Source of the DNA: Octopus sinensis
Lineage: Eukaryota
Direction of reading: 5' to 3'
Assembly (NCBI RefSeq): GCF_006345805.1
Contig: NW_021828329.1
Location: forward strand, 1 to 8,903
Length of the DNA: 8,903 bases
Of this stretch, positions 1 through 7,219 are shown one piece after another. Position 1 is the stretch's first letter, and the number at the start of each line of letters is the position of its first letter. The notes beneath the pieces are model-generated. The model made no database searches, was not told where the DNA came from, and saw only the letters and a list, made by a program, of their open reading frames with translations. The position numbers and the translations under genes are program-made.

Positions 1-166
1 GTTTACGTCCCCGTCACTTAGCGGTTCGGCAAAAGAGTCCGATAGAATAAGTACTAGGCTTACAAAGAATAAGTCCTGGGGGTCGATTTGTTCGACTAAA
101 GACGGTGCTCCAGCATGGTCGCAGTCAAATGACTGAAACAAGTAAAAAAAAAATAAAAGAATAAAA
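1..166 (+). mobile_element. SINE family A, 3' part (cut by window start)
   Basis: Near-identical to 7048-7215 (gtttacgtccccg...ctccagcatgg.cgcagtcaaatgactgaaacaagtaaaa), ending in an A-rich tail. Confidence 0.93.
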
Positions 167-171
167 TCTGA

Positions 172-215
172 CATGGACCCTTAAGGACCATATTGACTCC
201 GATTGAGAACCACTA
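172..215. mobile_element. Terminal fragment of a hAT/Charlie-like MITE
   Basis: atggacccttaaggaccatattgactccgattgagaaccacta. 203-215 reverse-complements to TAGTGGTTCTCAA (Charlie/MER5-type TIR CAGTGGTTCTCAA). It also resembles the right end of the MITE at ~3215-3248. Confidence 0.6.
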
Positions 216-479
216 CATCAGATACTAGAAGGATTCATAGCGACGACATACATCGACGAGGGTCACCTAGTTCCGTAAGTGAGTAACTGCTAACATCTCT
301 AGCACTGGCTATCATTGATGTCATTCAGCTGGAGTGATTTAGTTTCACTTTAGCACTCACTGCACTACCTCTACGTCTATAGTTCATTTCGCATCACTTA
401 TCGAACTGTCAAGCAAAGGAGCGCTTTCTATGCTGTAGCTTCGACTATTGCCGCAGTGTTCGGTAAAAAAATCAAATTC

Positions 480-935
480 AAACCAAAATTGCTTAAATGT
501 AAGCGTTCCGTGATATTTTCAACTTTTATTGTTGTTCGTACTCCCAATGTCGTTGTCTGTCAGCTTCTTGGAACAGCTACGTTGAACAGCGATGCCGGAT
601 GCATTGAAGAACGTAGATTCATTGAAGAACGTAAACTTCAAGCATCATGATGCTGGTGAATGATAGGAATTTTTGTGTCTATCACCACATGGAAAAATAA
701 TAATAAAAAATAGACTATATGTATGCGACAACTGGTGCAGTAGGTATACCTACTTGTTAGTCCACAATCACTCAAGTTATTAAATAGTATACAACAACAA
801 CAAAAAAAAAAAGGTTCTCCCGAGAATGATTGTTGCCACTTTCAATGGAAATTCTTCCCTGCAGTGTTATTTTTCTCGAACCCGACTAATGAAGTGAAGC
901 TGTAGACTTTTAACAAGAACCTTTTTTTCTCTTTC
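480..935 (+). pseudogene. LINE apurinic-type endonuclease domain, N-terminal half (frameshifted)
   Basis: ORF 456-650 plus downstream frames give STF..RT, CIEERRF, KHHDAG, FVSITTWKN, ATTGAVGI, LVSPQSLKLLNSI, PRMIVATFNGN and PTNE. The GDxN and SDH motifs are not seen. Confidence 0.82.
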
Positions 936-1185
936 TGGTAATCTCTAAGATGTCTGGGCTACACTGACTAACAACGAAGAAATACGCAATCGGGAATTCA
1001 TTGAAGTGAAAAAAGAAAAAAAAAGGAAAAAATTGAAATGGAAACCGGAATCAATTCTCTTAAAACTTAAATACTTTCCTTTTGTTAAATCAAATGATAA
1101 TATGGCTGGACGCTGTATACCGTTCAAAGCCCAAATCAAGTAAAAAAAAAAGCCTAGAAATTTGACGCAGTCATTGGGAAATGCA

Positions 1186-1245
1186 TACGTGTGTGTGTGT
1201 GTATGTGTGTGTGCGTGTGTGTGCACGCGCGCGCGTATGTGTGCT
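1186..1245. repeat. (GT)n/(GC)n compound microsatellite
   Basis: Direct reading of an alternating purine-pyrimidine tract. Confidence 0.95.
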
Positions 1246-1305
1246 TGTAGTTACCCATCTGAGAAATGAGACCTTTAAAAAGAAACTACGGTGATTTTAA
1301 AACCG

Positions 1306-1343
1306 ACACATGCACGCACACACGCACACATTCACACAACACA
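1306..1343. repeat. Imperfect (CA)n microsatellite
   Basis: acacatgcacgcacacacgcacacattcacacaacaca. Confidence 0.9.
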
Positions 1344-1985
1344 TTGATTCGTATGAACTTGAACAAAGAACCTATTTTCAAAATAAGACCTGATCTAGTT
1401 TATACACATTGCGGATAAATCAACTGTTAATGAAATCAGTGACCGGTAAAATACAAATGGCGCTAAATTGAAAGCTTCAAGCTAACAGGATTCTTTCAAA
1501 CAATAGAAGGAGCATTTTAAGAATTTCCTTTTTTTTTTTTCATTCTTCGGAAGCATCCAATCATTACTGACCAGCTTATAAAAAGAATCATAAATTACAA
1601 ATTAAATATCAACGTTGGTCACTTCAGAGCTGACGAATCAAATTATGGTCCAACTAAAATCAAAACTAAAAGTCGCTTGGTTTTAATAACATACCTCCCG
1701 GAGGTCTAGAAAATCTCGGTTTTTTAATGATGCCTTTCTCCGACTGTACAATCCTGTCTAGAATCAAAACCCAATCAATAAATGAACTGAAGTCTGTAAC
1801 TCACTTTCCATAGAGAAAAAGGTGAGTTAAGCTTCGTGTAGGAGTACCAGTTTCCTTTTTAAATGTACAGCTGTTGCAGATAAGAATGGTACGCAATCGT
1901 ATCTCACCGTCGTTCGAGAAAATTCTTCATAGGAACCTTGTTGGGTTCAGGAAGAATCGTTAAACAACTGATCAAATATTAGTTT

Positions 1986-2159
1986 CAAATTTTGGCAATT
2001 TCGAGCGAGGGGTCAAGAAGTCTATTACGACACCAGTGCTCGGCTCATTTTATCGACACTGAAATGGTGGTGAAAGGCAAAGTCGACCTCGGCGGAGTTT
2101 AAACTCTGAACATAAGAAGTTTTTCCGGAGTGCTAACGACTCTGCCAGCTCACGGCCTT
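1986..2159 (-). mobile_element. SINE family B, diverged copy with internal deletion
   Basis: ttttatcgac..gaaaggcaaagtcgacctcggcggagtttaaactc...gctaacgactctgccagctc aligns to the other B copies. Possible TSD acaactgatcaa 1964-1975 / acaactggtcaa 2160-2171 (1 mismatch). Confidence 0.85.
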
Positions 2160-2351
2160 ACAACTGGTCAACTAAAAATCTTACTACGGCTATTTGCATG
2201 GTTACTCGTAGATTTCTCAAGAAAACTAACCAATGATCGATTGCAGAGTGGAAGGCAAACGGTACCAGGTGGAATTACTTGCCTGCCAAGAACACCTCCG
2301 ACATAAACTGTGATTCTTCAAGACATAACAAATACAAAATATTATAATTTC

Positions 2352-2564
2352 AAAGCTTGGTACAAGGCCTGCAATTTCGGGACAGGGAGTAAGTCGATTA
2401 CATCGATCAAAGAACTTACCTTAACTGTTACTTATTTTATCAATCCCGAAAGGGTGAAAGGCAAAGTCGACCTCGGCGAAATTTGAACTCAGAACGTAAG
2501 GACGAACGAAATGCCGCAAAGCATTTCGCCCGGCGTGCAAACGATTCTGCCAGCTCGCCGCCTT
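2352..2564 (-). mobile_element. SINE family B, full-length
   Basis: The minus strand starts aaggcggcgagctggcagaatcg (A-box-like) and has gagttcaaatttc (B-box-like). Its body matches 4683-4896 and 6612-6766. Confidence 0.93.
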
Positions 2565-2861
2565 AATGAAAAATATAACACTCTACAAAAACATTGGCGC
2601 ACCTAACCGAGACATAGATTCTTTCGACACGTTTGCTGGTGTTTTCCACGGAGAAATCCTTGTACCTTTCTTATTTATACTCTGTCTTGATTTATGTTCT
2701 TCATATTCCAATTGGTCAGAACTAAGAACCTGGCCGTGCCCTCACAAAATCGTTAAGTTTCAGGTATCTGACCTCCAAAATAACAGATGCGGATTATGCT
2801 GATGACTTAGCCTTTATGTCAGATATGGTTGCAGGAGTCACTAAGCTAGTTCCCAATCTAG

Positions 2862-3248
2862 AACTAGTCCTCAACCACTTTTTTTTTTTACTTAAGGACC
2901 CCTTTGATTATTATTTCATTTTGGTGGACCCCCATACCCTTTCGATATTTAAAATCTAGTTTTCTAAATTCTTCTTTCAAAATCCCTATTTTGCTTTTCA
3001 CACATTCACTAGTATAGGCTTGCAAAAGCACGCTCTGAGAGAACATTTTTCCATGGCTGGAAACGTTAAACTATGCAAAACGTGAGAGAAAGAAATTTAG
3101 CTATTTCTTGCAGTAAATAGATATAAAAGCAATTTTTTTCAGGGGCTCTTAAAATACAATTCTGGGTCCCCACTTTATCATTTTACGTGTGTGATCTCCG
3201 AAAATGCTATATTACCCCCACCCCGGGGTCACATGGAACCCGGTTGAG
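2862..3248. mobile_element. Non-coding hAT/Charlie-like MITE inserted in the LINE RT
   Basis: The left end aactagtcctcaacc (11/15 to CAGTGGTTCTCAACC) is followed by ggacccc motifs. The right end is ggaacccggttgaga. The LINE reading PNLE / AAVGIG resumes across it. No clean TSD. Confidence 0.68.
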
Positions 3249-3549
3249 ATGCCGCAGTTGGCATTGGTCCGATGGGGAAAACACAATTCATCAGATACAT
3301 TTGGAAATAACAGTTTCAGCTGAATATGCTTCGCTGAGGAGTGCAAAATAAGGTCGAAACACGTTCGTTGCTTGTACTGGTGGCTTTAAAGACAAGAACA
3401 ACTCGTTGCTGAATTGTCGGTACTTTCCAGAAATTTGGATTGATATTAATGGAGTTATCTCGTTTGTTTGTTGATTTTAAATTTTAAGCCAGGTTAATGC
3501 AAGGAAAAAGAGATTATATAATTCAAGTAAACATGTATTACACAGTTAT

Positions 3550-3790
3550 GAGAGTGCGAGAGAGAAAGAGAGAAATAGAGAAAGAGAAAGAGAGAGAGAG
3601 AGAAAGAAAGAGAGATCTATAGATAGATTGAGAGATAGTGAGAGAAAGAGAGAGAGAATAAAAAGTCCGTAGAACTAACAAACATGATAAATAGATGACA
3701 TAGTTAACACAGAAAGAGAGAGAGAGAGAGGAGAGAGAGGAGAGAGGAGAGAGAGGAGAGAGAGGAGAGAGAGAGAGAGGAGAGAGAGGG
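3550..3790. repeat. Compound (GA)n / (GATA) purine-rich microsatellite in two blocks
   Basis: GA-rich blocks at ~3550-3657 and ~3712-3790, separated by ~55 bp of unique sequence. Confidence 0.95.
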
Positions 3791-4069
3791 GGGGAGCAGG
3801 CAGTTAACAAAGAGCGAAGATAAAATAGGTTAACTGAAACAAGAGAAATAGACTATAAATTTAACATAAAGAGGAGTCGCTCCGATATTAACCACATACA
3901 AGATAAAGTGATTAGACATTTAATGGTGGAGATAAATAGATTCAGGGCCGTGAAGCGAAAGATTTACACACGGGTGAGACTGTTTTAGGAACCCAACCAC
4001 CAGTTATTGAAAAATAATAAAACAGTGCAATCTTATTTTATACATATTTTATATATTTATTTAATACCA

Positions 4070-4620
4070 AAGATCGTAGAATGACTAAATGGGCTTTCTC
4101 TGAAATCAATATTTCGACTGATTCCTGATATGATGCTGCTTGGAACTCGGTGTTCCTCCCTCTCCTCATCCCATGACGACCTTGTGACAGTTTTTTTTTC
4201 TTCCTGAGATAGTTCTTTATCAGATTTAGTTGGCTGAGGGAACGTTCTTCTACGTTGGCATAGTGAGAAAATATCGGAGTGATGCACAAACATTTGCAAC
4301 GATCTTCTTCTGCTTGTAGTTTTATCCATTAATTTAAGCTGCAGTTTCCCCCTTAGTTGTCAGCGTGCATCATAATTTTCATGTCAGTGAATTCGCTTCA
4401 ATTTTCTTTGGCTGTTTACATCAATATTTTCAATTTCTGCAAAAGATATGTACTTTATGGTCAAAAGATTATTCGATATAGACAAGTATTGCCAGGTGGA
4501 TGAACAAAAAAAAGTACCAGATATTTATGTTTTTATTTTTTATTTTGGTGCTTCAAATCTTGATCCTGTGAACTACTTGCAGAATCGATATCAATGGAAA
4601 CGAGAACATCAAGAAATAAG
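4070..4620 (-). pseudogene. hAT transposase C-terminal dimerisation domain remnant
   Basis: ORF 4038-4289 (ERSLSQLNLIKNYLR..LSQGR) resembles the hAT consensus ERSFSKLKLIKxYLRxxMSQER. An upstream frame gives ANVCASLRYFLTMPT. The 4450-4620 assignment is weaker. Confidence 0.85.
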
Positions 4621-4628
4621 TCAAAAGC

Positions 4629-4650
4629 AAAAAAAAAAAAAAAAAAAAAA
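4629..4650. repeat. Poly(A) tract
   Basis: Run of about 22 A. Confidence 0.95.
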
Positions 4651-4682
4651 GAAGAAGAATCCCAAATGTCCGAAATAATCCT

Positions 4683-4896
4683 GATTTGGCAAATTTTGAG
4701 CGGTGGTGGTGGTGGGTGGGGAGAAGTCGATCACATCGACCTCGGGTACTTCAGTGGTACTTATTTTATTGACCCCGGAAGGATGAAAGGCAAAGTTGAC
4801 CGCGGTGGTATTTGAAAGCAGGACACTAAGAGCCAGAAGAAATGCTGCCAAGCATTTTATCCGACGTGTTAACGGTTCTGCAAGCTCGCCACCGTG
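4683..4896 (-). mobile_element. SINE family B with exact 18-bp TSD
   Basis: aatgtccgaaataatcct at 4665-4682 and 4897-4914. The body matches the other B copies. Confidence 0.92.
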
Positions 4897-4914
4897 AATG
4901 TCCGAAATAATCCT

Positions 4915-5540
4915 TTCCACTATAGGCTCAAGGTCAGCAAATTTTGATGGAGGGGGCTGGTTGATTACACCGACCCCGGATCTTGACTGGTATTTATTTT
5001 ATTCATTTCTTTACCGCCCACAAGGGGCTAAACACAGAGGGGACAAACAAGGACAGATAAACGGATTAAGTCGATTACATCGACCCCAGTGCGTAACTGG
5101 TGCTTATTTAATCGACCCCGAAAGGATGAAAGGCGAAGTCGACCTCGGCGGAATTTGAACTCAGAACGTAGCGGCAGACGAAATACCTATTTCTTTATTA
5201 CCCACAAGGGGCTAAACACAGAGGGGACAAACAAGGACAGACGTAGGTATTAAGTCGATTACATCGACCCCAGTGCGTAACTGGTACTTATTTAATCGAC
5301 CCCGAAAGGATGAAAGGCGAAGTTGACCTCGGCGGAATTTGAACTCAGAACGTAGCGGCAGACGAAATACCGCTAAGCATTTTGCCCAGCATGCTAACGT
5401 TTCTGCCAAGTTGCCACTGGTATTTATTTTATTGACTCCAAAATGATGAAAGGTGAAAGGACTCCGAAAGGATGAAAATCATCCGCTGTGGAATTTGAAC
5501 CCATGATGTAAAGACGGACGAAATGCCGCTAGCGATTCTG
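4915..5540 (-). mobile_element. Older SINE family B copy split by a nested insertion (pieces 4915-5003 and 5416-5540)
   Basis: The tail ttccactataggctcaagg..aaattttg..gattacaccgacccc runs into actggtatttattttatt. It resumes after the insert with gactccaaaatgatgaaagg...ggaatttgaac...gacggacgaaatgccgct. Confidence 0.85.
5004..5415 (-). mobile_element. Dimeric SINE family B variant with exact 18-bp TSD
   Basis: Two tandem units, 5004-5187 and 5188-5415, with high identity. Flanked by actggtatttattttatt at 4986-5003 and 5416-5433. Confidence 0.93.
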
Positions 5541-5556
5541 TACACACACACACACA

Positions 5557-5611
<55 letters not shown>

Positions 5612-5620
5612 CACACGCAT
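5541..5620. repeat. (CA)n microsatellite
   Basis: About 34 CA units with one interruption. Confidence 0.97.
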
Positions 5621-5664
5621 ATATTATCCAATCAGAGTGACGTAAGCCAGAAAAAGAACCATAA

Positions 5665-5665
5665 T

Positions 5666-5758
<93 letters not shown>
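5665..5758. repeat. (CT)n(TA)n compound microsatellite
   Basis: CT block 5665-5702 followed by TA block 5702-5758. Confidence 0.97.
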
Positions 5759-5974
5759 TCTTTTATTCTTTAACTTGCTTCAGTCATCTGACTGTGGCCA
5801 TGCTGGAGCACCGCTTTTAGTCGAACAAATCGACCCCAGAACTTATTCTTTGTAAGCCTATAACTTCTTCTATCGGGTCTCTTTTGCCGAACCGCTAAAT
5901 TATGGGGACGTAAACACACCAATATCGATTGTCAACCGATGGTGGGGGTGGGGTGAGACAAACACAGACACACA

Positions 5975-6025
<51 letters not shown>
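5756..6025 (-). mobile_element. SINE family A, 3' half, ending in an expanded internal (CA)n
   Basis: Reverse complement of ~6990-7215 (cagtca..ccatgctggagcaccgc..gtcgaacaaatcgacccc..cttttgccgaaccgctaa..ggggacgtaaacacacc). Confidence 0.92.
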
Positions 6026-6027
<2 letters not shown>

Positions 6028-6129
6028 AGACGATGTAAGCCGGAAAAAGACTGGCTTACATCATCTGATTGGTTCTCATTAAAAATTTCTTTCACTTTAA
6101 CACATTTACCAGTAATTTAATTTCAACTT

Positions 6130-6600
6130 TTAAATTGCTAACAATATGTTTTGTTTTTAGCAGCAGAATGAGACTAATTGTTTTCGCAGTTCCTGTAGAT
6201 TTTAATGAACATTTCAATGCTATCCACATCAGTATGGACGGTGACATCCCTTACCTGTTATCCCATGTTTCAGGTGTTAATGGAAGCGTGAATACTGAAT
6301 CAGATGAATGATATATGCTTCCGAAAGAAGATGCTTGTTTAACACCTCCTCCTGCATCGCTTAATAATTCCTCTTACTTCACTTCTCGTTGTTAGAGTTA
6401 GATTAAGTTCTAGAACATTCTGCGGGCTAATTTGATGCCATTGAGGTTTTACACAAATAATTTCACGCAATCGTTTCTGACTGGCTGCTGGGTAGTTGAT
6501 TTATGATGCAATGGTTGAGTCTTTGAGTATTAGAATAATTTGCTATCTTTTTGGACAACAAGAAAAGATATTGGTTTTAAAGTTAGGCCCAAGCTCAACA
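6130..6600 (-). pseudogene. hAT transposase insertion-domain remnant
   Basis: FSCCPKR*QIIL, SET, CVKPQWHQI and TTRSEVRGII in shifting frames. Confidence 0.7.
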
Positions 6601-6611
6601 ATTTCATAGGA

Positions 6612-6766
6612 GACCCCAGTATTCAACTGGTACTTATTTTATCGACACCGAAAGGATGAAAGGCAAAGTCGACCTTGGTGGAATTTGAACTCTCAACATA
6701 AAGACGGACGAAATGCCGCTAAGAATTTTGTCCGGCGTGCTAACGATTCTGCCAGTTCGCCACCTT
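6612..6766 (-). mobile_element. SINE family B lacking its 3' tail
   Basis: On the minus strand, A-box-like TGGCAGAATCG (6754-6744) and B-box-like GAGTTCAAATTCC (6692-6680). Confidence 0.93.
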
Positions 6767-6800
6767 ATAATAGGAAAATGTATTACAGACACTTTGAATA

Positions 6801-7218
6801 GCGCAGGAATGGCTGTGTGGTAAGTAGCTTGCTTAACAACCACATGGTTCAAGTTCAGTTCCACTGGGTGGCACCTTGGGCAAGTGTCTTCTACTATAGC
6901 CTCAGGCCGACCAAAGCCTTGTGAGTGGATTTGGTAGATGGAAACAGAAAGAAGCCCATCGTATATATGTATATATGTATGTGTGTGTGTATATGTTTGT
7001 GTGTCTGTGTGTGTCCCCTAACATCGCTTGACAACCGATGCTGGTGTGTTTACGTCCCCGTAACTTAGCGGTTCAGCAAAAGAGACCGATAGACTAAGTA
7101 CTAGGCTTACAAAGAATAAGTCCTGGGGTCGATTTGCTCGACTAAAGGCGGTGCTCCAGCATGGCCGCAGTCAAATGACTGAAACAAGTAAAAAAGTAAA
7201 AAAGAAAGTAAAAGAGAG
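6801..7218 (+). mobile_element. SINE family A, full-length, tRNA-derived head
   Basis: A-box-like TGGCTGTGTGG 6810-6820 and degenerate B-box AGTTCAGTTCC 6852-6862. A CCTTGGGCAAGT core-like motif, an internal (TA/TG)n at 6962-7013 and an (agtaaaa) repeat tail follow. Confidence 0.95.
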
Positions 7219-7219
7219 T

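Larger units (their letters stand above)
1690..2861 (+). pseudogene. LINE reverse transcriptase domain remnant
   Basis: ORF 2566-2802 carries the QG-type motif region (GVFHGEILVPFLFILCLD). Removing one T at ~2692 continues DYVL...N*EPG...KITDADYADDLAFMSD (stop at 2723). Upstream motifs are KGEL, GFRKNR and VDFS. Confidence 0.92.
456..3440 (+). mobile_element. Decayed non-LTR retrotransposon (LINE, single EN+RT ORF, RTE-like; clade uncertain), interrupted by SINEs, a MITE and microsatellites
   Basis: Collinear motifs across frames: KLLKCK..STF..RT, CIEERR (EN Glu motif), WKN 690-698, PRMIVATFNGN 820-852, CIP, AKLKAS, Q*KEHFKN 1501-1524, NIP-PEV*K, RNRISPSFEKILHRNLVGFRKNR 1892-1960, VDFS 2208-2219, GVFHGEILVPFLF 2638-2676, ITDADYADDLA (YADD 2795-2806), AAVGIG 3251-3268. 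The match beyond ~3270 is weak, so the end is tentative. Confidence 0.9.

Noticed and set aside
222-284. Possible exon ending in the splice donor CC|GTAAGT
   Set aside because: No acceptor or polypyrimidine tract and no recognisable peptide. It sits between a MITE end and the LINE start.
602-616. Resemblance to the 5.8S rRNA motif GATGAAGAACGCAG
   Set aside because: The match is only about 12 bp, there is no other rRNA similarity, and it lies in frame within the LINE endonuclease.
945-1226. 93-aa ORF on -
   Set aside because: It starts in a microsatellite (HTHT) and is antisense to LINE sequence.
3538-3810. 90-aa Ser/Leu-rich ORF
   Set aside because: It is the translation of a (GA)n repeat.
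4701-4723. G-quadruplex candidate (also 5941-5953)
   Set aside because: These are short, irregular G-runs in variable SINE segments, with no support for function.
5004-5415. CRISPR-like or satellite array
   Set aside because: There are only two ~184-bp units made of SINE sequence, with no spacers, in a eukaryotic context.
4594-5620. Several 63-99 aa ORFs
   Set aside because: They are chance frames through SINEs, poly(A) and (CA)n.
5895-6120. VCVC/HTHT ORFs
   Set aside because: They are microsatellite translations.
6606-6775. TSD atagga around the SINE at 6612-6766
   Set aside because: It is only 6 bp in AT-rich DNA and offset from the SINE end, so it cannot be separated from chance.
6801-6875. 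Possible tRNA gene
   Set aside because: It has A/B boxes but no convincing cloverleaf and continues into a SINE body, so it is a tRNA-derived head. The same applies to the family B heads.
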